Positions 20,788 to 30,878 of a stretch of 44,502 bases of DNA are shown piece by piece. The notes beneath the pieces were generated by a model, which made no database searches, had not been told where the DNA came from, and saw only the letters and a program-made list of their open reading frames with translations. A program made the translations under genes and the position numbers. The number at the start of each line of letters is the position of its first letter. Within the stretch, counting starts at the first letter, position 1. The stretch covers positions 1-44,502 of the forward strand of contig JAHJUH010000067.1 of the NCBI GenBank assembly GCA_018829245.1, read 5' to 3'. This DNA is from Patescibacteria group bacterium (GTDB taxonomy: Bacteria; Patescibacteriota; Minisyncoccia; Portnoybacterales; UBA2143).

Positions 20788-21467
20788 TTAATTATCATCT
20801 TAACAATATACCTTAGAGGCAGCCAATTATATGGAATTCCTTTAATTTTTTGAATAATATAATCCTGACTAACTAATTTTCTTAATTTATTTAAATCAAA
20901 ATTATTTAAATGCCATTCATCATCCATTTTCTTGGAAATATTGGGAAATAAAAAATTAAATACCCTTACCTTCTGCAAGAAGTTTTTGATCTGATTAATT
21001 AATTCTTCATTGGGTACTGAGATAACGATAATACTTGTCTTTTTTGATATTCCCTTTATTTGAGCTAAAACCCTTTCTGGATTTTGAACATGTTCTAAAA
21101 CTTCACTACAATAAATCTTATCGAAATTTTTCTCTTTAACTTTTCCTGGTAGGTTTTCGACATTGGCTTTAATTAATTTAACTGGCAAATGATATTTTCT
21201 TTGTCTAGATAATTTAAGCATAAAATCAGATATGTCTATCCCCCATAATTCCCGTCCAATTTTAATTTTCTCCATAATATTCCCAGCTCCACAACCAATT
21301 TCAATAATCTTATCTTGACTCTCTAGATTTAAATATTTAATGATTTTAGAAGTTCTTTTATTTTCGATAAATTTAATAATAAAATTAGAGCTCTGATGAT
21401 ACTTGTCAGGGTTATACTTCTTAGCCATTTCTTCATTCCAATTTTCAAAATCTTCTTTTATTTTCAT
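20784..21467 (-). CDS. Class I SAM-dependent methyltransferase
   Basis: IIEIGCGAG, GIDIS, FDKIYCSEVLEH, SVPNE. Confidence 0.88.
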   Translation of the reverse strand: MKIKEDFENWNEEMAKKYNPDKYHQSSNFIIKFIENKRTSKIIKYLNLESQDKIIEIGCGAGNIMEKIKIGRELWGIDISDFMLKLSRQRKYHLPVKLIKANVENLPGKVKEKNFDKIYCSEVLEHVQNPERVLAQIKGISKKTSIIVISVPNEELINQIKNFLQKVRVFNFLFPNISKKMDDEWHLNNFDLNKLRKLVSQDYIIQKIKGIPYNWLPLRYIVKMIIK

Positions 21468-23311
21468 AAATATCTTTTAGCCCAATTTTGGAAAATAATT
21501 AAATTCCACAAAATTTTCCTATTATCTCTTTTATTCCCTAAATGTTCTTTAATTAATTTATTAACAAAATCGTAATCAAACAAATTAGTTTTAGCAATCT
21601 CTTGTTTACTTAAAACTTCCATCATATATTCCTTAAGATCTTTTTTAAGCCAAGAAGTCAAAGGTATACCAAATCCTTTTTTCTTACGATTAATAATGTT
21701 CTTAGGTAGCTTATCTCTCATTGATTCTTTTAAAATATATTTTGTTTTAAGGCCTCTTAATTTATAATCCAAAGGAAGAGAATTAATAAAATCAGCTAAA
21801 TGATGATCTAAAAAAGGAGCTCTTACTTCTAAACTATTATACATACTAGCTCTATCAACCTTAAACAAAATATCATCTTGTAGGTAGTATTTTAGAAACA
21901 AAGCGTTTACTTTATCTAAATAACCCTTATCTTGATAATTTCCTAAAAACTCTTCTGTAAAACTAAATAAATTTTCTTGTTTTATTTCAAAATTAAATAA
22001 CTTATTAATATTATTAGAATAAGCTCCAATATTTAAAAAATCACGATACAAGCCATTAAAACCCAAACTATGACTGTATCTTTTAATTTTATAGGGGAAA
22101 GTTAGATTCTTATCAGAAACAGGTAATATTTTTTCTAAAATACCAGAAAGACCTCTGGTTCTTAAGCTAGCCAAACCCAGTAAGCCAACAATTTTTTGAA
22201 CCTGATGATTAGGATAACCCATTAAAAGCTCATCACCACCATCACCGCCTAAGGCGACTTTGACTTTATCAGCTGTAAATTTTGAAAGTAGATAAGTCGG
22301 TAAAATAGAAGGGTCCCCAAAGGGCTCATCAAGTTTTTCGATAATCTCCGGAATGATGTTTAATAAATCTCTTGAGCTAAATCTCTGATGATAGTGATCT
22401 GTCTTTAAAAACCTAGCTACTTGCTGAGCATAAGAAGATTCATCAAAACTTGATTGATCAAATCCAATAGAAAAAGTTTTGATATCCTCTTTCTGTTTTT
22501 TAGCAAAATAAGCAATAGTTGAAGAATCAATTCCGCCAGACAAAAAGATTCCTACAGGAACATCAGCGACTAGGCGTTTTTCAATAGAACTTTCTAATAA
22601 CTTACCAAACTCTTCTTTAGCTGATTCAAAACCAATATCTTTATTATCAAGCTTTATTTGATAATATTCACTTATCTTAACCTGATTATTCTTAAAAGTT
22701 AAAAATGATCCATTGGCTAATTTGTGAATATTCTTGAAAATAGTTTGGGGTTGAGGGACATAATCAAAAGAAAAATATTGAGTAACTGATTGGGAATCTA
22801 ATTCTTTTTTTGTTAAAGGATGATTTAAAATAGCCTTAAGCTCAGAAGCGAAAATTAAGGTTTTATTTACTAAGGTCCAATAAAGAGGTTTCTGACCGTA
22901 ACGATCTCGAACTAAAATAATTTTTTCCTTTTGACCATCCCAAATAGCTAAAGCAAACATTCCATTAAACTTTTTGAAACAATCAACTCCATCTTCTTCA
23001 TATTGATGGATAATAACTTCACTATCTGTCTGACTCTTGAATTGATGACCCCGAGTAATTAAATTCTCTCTTAACTCTTTAAAATTATAGATTTCTCCAT
23101 TAAAAGCAATTTGAATCATCCCATCTTCACTGCTCATCGGCTGTCGTCCTTGCTGACTTAAATCAATAATAGAAAGGCGTTGATGACCAAGACCAACTTC
23201 GTCCTTAATAAAAAAACCCTCATCATTAGGGCCACGATGTTTCAAGGAACGTGTCATTCTTTTCAGAACATCTTCATTGCCTTGGCCGAGATAACCAGCT
23301 ATTCCACACAT
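21464..23311 (-). CDS. asnB: Asparagine synthase (glutamine-hydrolysing)-type amidotransferase, probably sugar/uronate amidating
   Basis: N-terminal MCGI (Ntn Cys), HRGP, RLSIID, FNGEIYN, LSGGIDSS, GDGGDE, EVRAPFLD, RKKKGF. Substrate inferred from context. Confidence 0.92.
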   Translation of the reverse strand: MCGIAGYLGQGNEDVLKRMTRSLKHRGPNDEGFFIKDEVGLGHQRLSIIDLSQQGRQPMSSEDGMIQIAFNGEIYNFKELRENLITRGHQFKSQTDSEVIIHQYEEDGVDCFKKFNGMFALAIWDGQKEKIILVRDRYGQKPLYWTLVNKTLIFASELKAILNHPLTKKELDSQSVTQYFSFDYVPQPQTIFKNIHKLANGSFLTFKNNQVKISEYYQIKLDNKDIGFESAKEEFGKLLESSIEKRLVADVPVGIFLSGGIDSSTIAYFAKKQKEDIKTFSIGFDQSSFDESSYAQQVARFLKTDHYHQRFSSRDLLNIIPEIIEKLDEPFGDPSILPTYLLSKFTADKVKVALGGDGGDELLMGYPNHQVQKIVGLLGLASLRTRGLSGILEKILPVSDKNLTFPYKIKRYSHSLGFNGLYRDFLNIGAYSNNINKLFNFEIKQENLFSFTEEFLGNYQDKGYLDKVNALFLKYYLQDDILFKVDRASMYNSLEVRAPFLDHHLADFINSLPLDYKLRGLKTKYILKESMRDKLPKNIINRKKKGFGIPLTSWLKKDLKEYMMEVLSKQEIAKTNLFDYDFVNKLIKEHLGNKRDNRKILWNLIIFQNWAKRYL

Positions 23312-23316
23312 AATTT

Positions 23317-24258
23317 TTAAAAATTAATCTTTTCTTTAATTGAATAAATCGGCTTATTTTGAGATTCGTAATGGGTTCTTGTTAAAATTTCAGCTAAAAG
23401 ACCCATTAAAATAAATTGAAGACCAACCAAGATTAAGAAAACGGTCAATAATGGAAGCGGGGTTGTAATGAAATAGATGTCCTTAAAAATCTTAAGATAC
23501 AATGCCCAGCATCCAGAAATGAGACCAAAAAATGATAACCAATATCCAATCTTTCCAAAAAAATGCATTGGCTTAGTTGAATAATCAATTAAAAATTTAA
23601 CTGTTAATAAATCAAGAATAACTCGAAATGTTTTAAAAACACTATACTTGGTCTGACCATATTTTCTAGGACGATGATTGACTGGTATTTCGGTAACTTT
23701 AGCTCCATGCCAAGCAGTATAGGCCGGCATAAAACGATGCATCTCACCATAAAGACGAATATCTTTAATGACTTCTTTTTTGTAAGCTTTCATAGTACAT
23801 CCATAATCATGAAGTTTTACTTTAGTAATCAAAGAAATTAAATAGTTAGCAATCCAAGAAGGTATCTTTCTAGTCCATAATTTATCTCGACGATTAACAC
23901 GCCAACCAGAAACAACATCAAAACCTTGATCAACCTTTTCTAAAAATTCAGGGATATCAGCTGGATTATTCTGTAAATCAGCATCCATGGGAATAATAAT
24001 ATCTCCTTGAGATGCATCTATTCCAGCTGACATAGCTGCTGTTTGACCAAAATTTCTCTTAAAACTAATTGTTTTAAAATTATAATCTTGTTGAGCAATC
24101 TCTCTAATGATCTGATTACTATTATCAGTAGAGCCATCATCAATAGCAATTATTTCATATTCAAAAGACAAGTTATTTAAAACCTGTTTAAGTTCTTGAT
24201 ATAAAACTTTAATACTTTCTTCTTCGTTATAAATTGGAATTATGATAGATAATTTCAT
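23317..24258 (-). CDS. GT2 polyprenyl-phosphate glycosyltransferase (ArnC/GtrB-like)
   Basis: IPIYNEE, DDGSTD, RNFGQTAAMSAG, MDADLQ, HDYGC, GEMHRF; 2 C-terminal TM helices. Confidence 0.92.
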   Translation of the reverse strand: MKLSIIIPIYNEEESIKVLYQELKQVLNNLSFEYEIIAIDDGSTDNSNQIIREIAQQDYNFKTISFKRNFGQTAAMSAGIDASQGDIIIPMDADLQNNPADIPEFLEKVDQGFDVVSGWRVNRRDKLWTRKIPSWIANYLISLITKVKLHDYGCTMKAYKKEVIKDIRLYGEMHRFMPAYTAWHGAKVTEIPVNHRPRKYGQTKYSVFKTFRVILDLLTVKFLIDYSTKPMHFFGKIGYWLSFFGLISGCWALYLKIFKDIYFITTPLPLLTVFLILVGLQFILMGLLAEILTRTHYESQNKPIYSIKEKINF

Positions 24259-24263
24259 ATTGC

Positions 24264-25970
24264 TTAGTTAATTTTATATATCTCTATATATGGCCCAGTA
24301 TAGCGGATATTCTTTAAAAGTTGCAAGGGCTGACGCATTTCGTTAACTAAGTCCGTTAAATCAATGCCTACTTCATTAGGATAAAATCTCTGAATCAATT
24401 CTAAGTTGTAGTTTAATTTTGATATTTTTTCTTTAGCTATCTCATTTTCCTGGTTAGTCCACCAATAAGTAATTAGATAATTAAACTGGTTCTGAGATAA
24501 AAAGTTTTCTGGCATTTTTTCTGGTCGATAAAGAATAAAATAATTTGGCTGAGGATATTCTTTCTCATCTAAAGTTAATAAATATCTTTCTCGAGCACTT
24601 ACTGATTTAGGCATAAATTCTGAAAGAAGAATTAAAGATTCTTTATTCTCATTTAGAATTAACCGATTATCAAGTTCGAAGTTAATAATCATTTCTCCAC
24701 CAGGCAAATTACTTTCTATCCAATTCTTAGCTAGAACATATGTATTCGGCTTTAATAGACTAAGATCCCAGTAAAGTGGTGTGAATAGAAATAACAAACA
24801 GAAAATAACAGCTAAACTATTTCTTAGATTTTTAACAAAAATATGTTCTAATAAATAAGAAAAACCATAACCAGCAACAATAGCTAAGAATGGAATGATT
24901 GGTAAAATGTAACGAACTTGTCCCCATTTTAAAAACGGACCTATAGCTAAATAATAAAAAATAATAAATATTCCTATAAAGTAAAAAACTTTTCTTTCTT
25001 TTAGAAATAAGATAGGTAAAGAAATTAAGAATAAAATAACTAATAAAGGTCCATATTCCCAGAGAACTTCTAGATTACGCGTAAAACTCAAACTCTGAAT
25101 CAATGAATTAACAATTGATTGAGAAACATACCCTGAAATAAATTCTTTTTTAAAATAATAACCGATGTAGCGATAAAAGGAATTAGGATGTAAAAGATAA
25201 ATAAAAACAGTTGAAATAAAAACAACTAAATGAGCTAACCAGAATTTCTTATTTTTTAAAAAGATTCCAATAAATCCTTTTCCTTTATTAAGAGAATAAT
25301 GAACAAAAAGAAAACAAAGATAAATTATTCCACCAATAAGATGAGTACCAAATGACAAAGCAACTAAAAATCCAGAAATCAAATAATGCTTCAAATTATC
25401 TTTTTTAAGAGATAACATTATACTTAAATAATAAGTAGCCAAAAGAACTGCTAAAGTTTGGATTATCCAAATTCTACCAAAATGAGACAATTGAACAAGT
25501 ATTAAATTAGTCGCTGTAAAAAAAGCTGCCCACAAAGAAGCTTTCTCATTATTTTTAAACAAAAGTTTAGAAATTTTATAGACTAAATAAACAGATAAAG
25601 AGCCTGCTAAAATAGAAACAAAACGAGCTATAGGCAAAATCATCTTAAAATTAGCGTAATCTAATAAAAACATCTCTTTTAATTCAACTAAACTATGAAC
25701 TATTCCAAAAAGAAAGAAAATAGCAAAATACAATAAATAAAAAGGTAAATAAATATAAGTCACTGGAGCTAGATAATAATTTTCATCAAAATTAGGCCTT
25801 AAACTATGACTATCAATCATTTTAAGAACAGAACTAACAATAGCAGTCTCATCTTCAACTAAATTTAATAACGGATAAGCATATAATACTCCAATACTGT
25901 TTAAGACAAAAGCCAATAAAACAACTATAATAATCTTATTTAATTTAATTTTAGATATTATTTTATTCAT
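24264..25970 (-). CDS. GT-C (ArnT/PMT-like) membrane glycosyltransferase
   Basis: DE motif after TM1 (VEDE), ARFVSILAG, RYILPIIPFLA, C-terminal soluble domain with WIESNLP. Confidence 0.75.
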   Translation of the reverse strand: MNKIISKIKLNKIIIVVLLAFVLNSIGVLYAYPLLNLVEDETAIVSSVLKMIDSHSLRPNFDENYYLAPVTYIYLPFYLLYFAIFFLFGIVHSLVELKEMFLLDYANFKMILPIARFVSILAGSLSVYLVYKISKLLFKNNEKASLWAAFFTATNLILVQLSHFGRIWIIQTLAVLLATYYLSIMLSLKKDNLKHYLISGFLVALSFGTHLIGGIIYLCFLFVHYSLNKGKGFIGIFLKNKKFWLAHLVVFISTVFIYLLHPNSFYRYIGYYFKKEFISGYVSQSIVNSLIQSLSFTRNLEVLWEYGPLLVILFLISLPILFLKERKVFYFIGIFIIFYYLAIGPFLKWGQVRYILPIIPFLAIVAGYGFSYLLEHIFVKNLRNSLAVIFCLLFLFTPLYWDLSLLKPNTYVLAKNWIESNLPGGEMIINFELDNRLILNENKESLILLSEFMPKSVSARERYLLTLDEKEYPQPNYFILYRPEKMPENFLSQNQFNYLITYWWTNQENEIAKEKISKLNYNLELIQRFYPNEVGIDLTDLVNEMRQPLQLLKNIRYTGPYIEIYKIN

Positions 25971-26323
25971 TAAAGAGTAATAACAATAATGCCAGCTGAT
26001 ACTAATATAATTCCTATAAGCTTAGAGAGAGTAAATGTTTCATCAAGAAGTAAAACTGAAAATATTAACAAGAGAACAAATCCAGCACTCATAGTTATTG
26101 GATAGATAAAGCTAAGTTCAAATTTCGAAAGAAGATACACATATAGAGTAAAACTGATTCCATAAAAAAGAAGACCCAAAAGAACATAAGACGAACTAAT
26201 TATCTCCAACAACTTAGAAAAGGAAACAATATTAATATCTATATCCATCATTCCTTTTCTTAAACTAAATTGAGCAATGACATTAGAGAATAAAGCACAA
26301 ATAATAATGAAAATTTTAAACAT
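25970..26323 (-). CDS. Small 4-TM SMR/EamA-type transporter (ArnE/ArnF-like flippase candidate)
   Basis: 117 aa, four hydrophobic helices, LSKFELSFIYP, LLDETFTLSKLIGI. Confidence 0.8.
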   Translation of the reverse strand: MFKIFIIICALFSNVIAQFSLRKGMMDIDINIVSFSKLLEIISSSYVLLGLLFYGISFTLYVYLLSKFELSFIYPITMSAGFVLLLIFSVLLLDETFTLSKLIGIILVSAGIIVITL

Positions 26324-26330
26324 AATTTAT

Positions 26331-26336
26331 AGTATA
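26331..26336 (-). promoter_or_regulatory. Candidate internal -10 box TATACT, 7 nt before the ATG (leaderless-type)
   Basis: Minus strand reads gaTATACTataaattATG; the same ATATACTATAAA string precedes the ATG at 41956. Confidence 0.5.
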
Positions 26337-26341
26337 TCTCT

Positions 26342-27724
26342 TTATTTTTTTAATACATCTAAAACAAATTTAATTCCTAATTTTACTAAATTGATTTTTT
26401 CTCTCAATCCTCGAGCAACTCTATAAATTTTCCAAATCCTATTAGGTGAAAGATAAAACTTTTTGTAAGCTCGACTAACTTTTTCTTGAACTTCTTTTTC
26501 ACCTTGATCTTGCGATATCTTATTCCATAAATCAACTGACTGAAAATCTGCTTTAATTTGGTTGTACAAAGTAGAACCAGGAAAAGGCGTTGCTAAATAG
26601 AAGTGAGCAAAGGTTAAAGGGAGGGAACAAGCAAATTTGATCGTTTCTTCCATATCGGCCAAGGTCTCTTCAGGATAACCCATAATAAAGTGGCCATCAA
26701 CAACTAAACCAGCCTTATCGGCCTCTACAACAGCCCTCCCACTCCTTTCAACTGTCGCTTGACCTCCTTTATTAGCTATCTTCAACATCTTATCTGTCCC
26801 GAACTCCAAGCCAAAAGCGATTTGCCAACATCCAGCTTCTTTCATTTTTTTAAATAATTCTAAATCTAACTGATCAACTCGAGAATTACAAACCCAGTCA
26901 ATCTTTTGATCTAATCCTTCTGATTTTAAAGCATCAAGAAACTCTTCTAAATAATAACGATCAGCACTAATTAACTCTGTCCAGAATAAAAAATCTTTAA
27001 CACCTAATTCTAGGTTATAATTAATCTCATTAATAATACTTTTAACTGAACGCTTCCTTAACTTTCTACCATAATATGTTTGAGCCGCGCAAAAGTTACA
27101 AGAATAAGGACAACCTCGAGAAAATGATATCAAAGAGAAAGGTCTGTCTTTAATTGGTAAATGGTAATTCTTAAAATCAATATCACTCCAATCAGGAAAT
27201 CCGTAGTCATCTATATTCTCAGAAAAAGGCACTTGAATACTCTCTTTTCCTCTTAATCCAATCCCAGTTACATTTGATAAATCATCTAAAGATTTAACAA
27301 CATTTTTAATCACTGCCTCAGCTTCAGAGATAAAAACGAAATTCAAACTTTGAGCATTTTTAAGCGACTCTTTTGGCAAAGCCATAACATGAATACCAAC
27401 TGCTCCTATTTTAATCTGAGGTAATATTTCCTTAACCTTTTTAGCAAACCAATTACAATCATTCTCAAAAGTTGGGGTTGTTACACTCATAATCATTAAA
27501 TCCGGAGAAAAATCTTTAATTTTCTCGAAGACCTCTTCTTGATTCATTTTAGCCGGTCCAGGATCTAAAACTAAAGTTTCTGAAATATCTCTAATCTGTG
27601 TCTTTAAATAAGCTAAAGTTAAAGGTGGAAAAGGTGCTCCCCAAATATCAAATTGTTGACACCGCCCTTCGCGCACCCAAATTTCATCCTTTTGAGAAGG
27701 CGGATTAATCAATAATGTTTTCAT
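26342..27724 (-). CDS. Cobalamin-binding radical SAM enzyme (RS-B12 #5), divergent, HpnJ-like N-terminus
   Basis: Start corrected to the TAATG-coupled ATG at 27724 (MKTLLINPP..REGRC..PPLTLAYL); SRGCPYSCNFC, GYPEET, TPFPGS. Confidence 0.88.
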   Translation of the reverse strand: MKTLLINPPSQKDEIWVREGRCQQFDIWGAPFPPLTLAYLKTQIRDISETLVLDPGPAKMNQEEVFEKIKDFSPDLMIMSVTTPTFENDCNWFAKKVKEILPQIKIGAVGIHVMALPKESLKNAQSLNFVFISEAEAVIKNVVKSLDDLSNVTGIGLRGKESIQVPFSENIDDYGFPDWSDIDFKNYHLPIKDRPFSLISFSRGCPYSCNFCAAQTYYGRKLRKRSVKSIINEINYNLELGVKDFLFWTELISADRYYLEEFLDALKSEGLDQKIDWVCNSRVDQLDLELFKKMKEAGCWQIAFGLEFGTDKMLKIANKGGQATVERSGRAVVEADKAGLVVDGHFIMGYPEETLADMEETIKFACSLPLTFAHFYLATPFPGSTLYNQIKADFQSVDLWNKISQDQGEKEVQEKVSRAYKKFYLSPNRIWKIYRVARGLREKINLVKLGIKFVLDVLKK

Positions 27725-28392
27725 TAAAATAAATTCTTGATCAAACACCAGACATAACGATGAGCCACTTTCCAAACAACAATACCTGATTCACCAAATT
27801 TTCTTTTGTATTCATGAGAAGGAACTTCAGACGTCTTGTATCCTTTTTTTAAAGCTTTCATAATCATTTCTTGTTCGATAGTAAAAATATTCTCGGTCAT
27901 TCCTATATCTAATCCCGTTTTTCTTCGAATAGCTCTAAAACCATTTTGAGAATCAGTTAAACGAACATCAAATCGATAATTAATAGACAGAGTAATAATA
28001 TCACTCCCAACAATTCGAATAAATTTACCAATATCTCCATGAAGTTCATCACTTCCTCCACGCATTCTTGAACCAACAACTAGGTCAGATTTGCCTTCTT
28101 TAATAGGTTGAATCATAGTGGGAATATCTTTTGGGTCATGAGAACCATCAGCATCAATAAAAACAACAATATCGTGCTTAGCTTCTTTAAGAGCAACTCT
28201 TAAGCCATCTCCTTTACCTTGGCCATTATCTAAGACAACACGAGCTCCATATTTCTCAGCTAACTCCCTCGTCTTGTCGGTTGAATGACCATCAACAACT
28301 AAAACTTCATCACCAAAAGGTAAACACCCTTTAACGATTTCTTCAATCATTTGTTCTTCATTCCTAGTTGGTATAACGACGCTTGTTTTCAT
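27724..28392 (-). CDS. GT2 polyprenol-phosphate sugar synthase (DPM1-like, no TM)
   Basis: VVIPTRNEE, VDGHSTD, GKGDG, IDADGSH, GSR, DSQNGFRA. Confidence 0.9.
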   Translation of the reverse strand: MKTSVVIPTRNEEQMIEEIVKGCLPFGDEVLVVDGHSTDKTRELAEKYGARVVLDNGQGKGDGLRVALKEAKHDIVVFIDADGSHDPKDIPTMIQPIKEGKSDLVVGSRMRGGSDELHGDIGKFIRIVGSDIITLSINYRFDVRLTDSQNGFRAIRRKTGLDIGMTENIFTIEQEMIMKALKKGYKTSEVPSHEYKRKFGESGIVVWKVAHRYVWCLIKNLF

Positions 28393-29746
28393 ATGATTTT
28401 ATAAAATAATAAATTGCATAAATAACAAAAATAAAAAGAAAGGGTTGAAGTGGTAAACGCAGGCGAGCCATAGCTGCCCAGCTAGAGGTAATAAAGAAAT
28501 AGCCAATAATAACCAACATAGCTAAAGCAATTCTTAATAGCTTCTTATTCCTAATCATTAAGACTACACCAATTAAAGCAATTAAATCAATCAAAAGCCA
28601 AAAAATGATGCCTATAATCCTAACCCAAAAAGTTGGCATATTCTTTAAAGAAGAAAATAATGTTTGAAAATCTTTTTGGACTAATAAATTTGATATATTA
28701 ATTGACGAAGAATCACCTAAATCAATATTCCAAAAATTTAGAATATTCGTCCAACCAGAATCAGTAAGCGCAGGCAAGGCCTTAATCAAATGAAACTTCA
28801 AAAAAATTAATGGCTGAGCTCTAATGATTGAAGAATTGATTTCTTTCAAAATTGGAATATATTCATCTTTTAAGTAAATATCATTGAAGTTATCTACGCC
28901 TGCTTTAGTTACAGCTAAATTATTTATATATTCTTCTGCTTGATCAACAGATAAATTAGTAGATAAAGCTAAGAAATTAGGCACGACATTAAAAAAGTAT
29001 AATAAATGAGTCTGATTAGAAATAACATAGCTATCAAACTGAATCTTATTCCTAATACACCAGGGAGCAGTTATAGCTAAAAATACAAACAAGAAAACAA
29101 CTAATATTTTGATGATATTAACTAAAGCAATTTTACGCCAAAGCATTATAAAGGTCATAACAACTATAGCTGGATAAAATAAAAATGCGATTTGCCTGAT
29201 CCAGGCAGCTAAACCTAAAAAGATAGCTGAAAGTATAATATATTTCCATTTCTGATTCTTCCAAGATAAAGCTAAAAGATAAACAGAGAGCATAAATAGG
29301 AAAAGAAAAGGAGTTTCAGACATAACTGTACTAGACCAGAATAAACTAAAAGGTTCGAAAGCCATAAAAATAGCTGAAGCTATTGAAATAGTATTATTAA
29401 AAAACAAACGAGCAAATTTATAAACAAAAACAATAAATAAAGAATAAATTATATTTTGCCAAAGAACAACAAAAAGATATTTAGGAATAATCAGCCAAGA
29501 AATACCCAAAAGGATAGGATAACCTGGAGCCGGAAAAGAATTTGGTATTAACGGTTCAGTTAAACTATTAGTGAAAACTCCTTCAGTTAAAAAGTTCAAG
29601 CCAGCTGGTAAATAAACATCAGCTCCCGCAATAAATCCTTGATCACCTAAAGAGAAAAAAGCAATTAACGAAAAAACAAGACGAGGGATTAAAGCCAAAA
29701 GGAATAAGACAACAACTATTTTATTTTTCTTAAACCAATCATTCAT
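28364..29746 (-). CDS. GT-C (ArnT/PMT-like) membrane glycosyltransferase
   Basis: PGYP, MSETPFLFL, GLAAWIR, PWCIRN, RLRLP motifs in a multi-TM protein. Confidence 0.8.
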   Translation of the reverse strand: MNDWFKKNKIVVVLFLLALIPRLVFSLIAFFSLGDQGFIAGADVYLPAGLNFLTEGVFTNSLTEPLIPNSFPAPGYPILLGISWLIIPKYLFVVLWQNIIYSLFIVFVYKFARLFFNNTISIASAIFMAFEPFSLFWSSTVMSETPFLFLFMLSVYLLALSWKNQKWKYIILSAIFLGLAAWIRQIAFLFYPAIVVMTFIMLWRKIALVNIIKILVVFLFVFLAITAPWCIRNKIQFDSYVISNQTHLLYFFNVVPNFLALSTNLSVDQAEEYINNLAVTKAGVDNFNDIYLKDEYIPILKEINSSIIRAQPLIFLKFHLIKALPALTDSGWTNILNFWNIDLGDSSSINISNLLVQKDFQTLFSSLKNMPTFWVRIIGIIFWLLIDLIALIGVVLMIRNKKLLRIALAMLVIIGYFFITSSWAAMARLRLPLQPFLFIFVIYAIYYFIKSYENKRRYTN

Positions 29747-30878
29747 TTCCTAAAATAAATCTTAAAATATTCCTGGCTCTTTTTTGCCAACTATACTTTT
29801 GGACATCTTCATAGGCCTGCACTGAGATTCTAACAGAAAAATCAGTGTTTTTCAACGCTCGCTCAATCCCTTTAGCTAGCTCTTGTGGATTGTCCGGCTC
29901 AACTAAAATCGCATTATTTTCACTTAGAACTTCTCTTAAAGACGGCAAATCTGAAGCAACAACTGGACGCCTAGAAGCCATATATTCGAACATTTTTAAA
30001 GGAGAAGTCCAACTTTTTGAAATATCCATCTTTCCTGAATTAGGTATAACTAAAACATCAGCTGATTTTAAATAACAAGGCATTTCTGAATAAGGTCGAT
30101 GTCCTAAAATTAGAATATTATTTAAATTTTTGTTCTTTTTCCTAAATTTTTCTAAATCCTCTTTTGTTCCACCAACAAAAACAATAAATATATCTTTATC
30201 TAAAAATTTAGAAGCATCGGCCAAGACTTGAACTCCCTTCCACTTATATAGATGACTATTAGTTAAAATAATTTTTTTATCTAAAGGTAATCCTAGTTTT
30301 TCTCTAGCTTCTTTTTTTGAAATATTTATATTAAATTTTTCTAGATCAACTCCATCTGGAGCAACTAAAATTTTATCTTTTTGAATCCCTTTTTTAATTA
30401 AAGTATTTTTTAAGATTTCAGTGATAACAATGATCTTATTAGCTTTTTCAAGAATTCTTTTATGTAAGAAAAAATTCTTTGGAAAAGTATGAATTTCATA
30501 AACAAAATTACTTTTGAAAAAACTTAATAAATATAAAGAAAAAGAATCACGAGAATAGATAAGATCCGCTTTTTTAAATAATAGATAAAAACTAGCTAAA
30601 AAGTAAAAAGAAAAAGCTTGAATCCAGGATCCCAAGGATCCCATAACTTTTTCCCAAGGTATCAAATCAAGAGAAAAAATCTTTTTAATTTGAAAAGAAC
30701 GATTAACATCATAATAAATAAAAGGGTCTATACTTTTAAGTAATCTATTAAATCTTTTAGCCACTATTAACTCAACCTCTGCTCTGTTCTTAACAAAGGC
30801 CTCACACATTTTCATAATTTGAATACCGTGCGCTTTTTCTGTCGGCATTCGCATATTAGTAATATAAATAATCTTCAT
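29739..30878 (-). CDS. GT4 glycosyltransferase
   Basis: Start corrected to the ATGA-coupled 30878 (MKIIYIT); PTEKAHGIQI, YEIH, DGVD, WKG, SPLKMFEYMAS. Confidence 0.9.
   Translation of the reverse strand: MKIIYITNMRMPTEKAHGIQIMKMCEAFVKNRAEVELIVAKRFNRLLKSIDPFIYYDVNRSFQIKKIFSLDLIPWEKVMGSLGSWIQAFSFYFLASFYLLFKKADLIYSRDSFSLYLLSFFKSNFVYEIHTFPKNFFLHKRILEKANKIIVITEILKNTLIKKGIQKDKILVAPDGVDLEKFNINISKKEAREKLGLPLDKKIILTNSHLYKWKGVQVLADASKFLDKDIFIVFVGGTKEDLEKFRKKNKNLNNILILGHRPYSEMPCYLKSADVLVIPNSGKMDISKSWTSPLKMFEYMASRRPVVASDLPSLREVLSENNAILVEPDNPQELAKGIERALKNTDFSVRISVQAYEDVQKYSWQKRARNILRFILGNE

Noticed and set aside
30626..30643. 9-bp tandem repeat aggatccca x2
   Set aside because: Only two copies, in frame (GSLGSW); compatible with chance or a trivial duplication.
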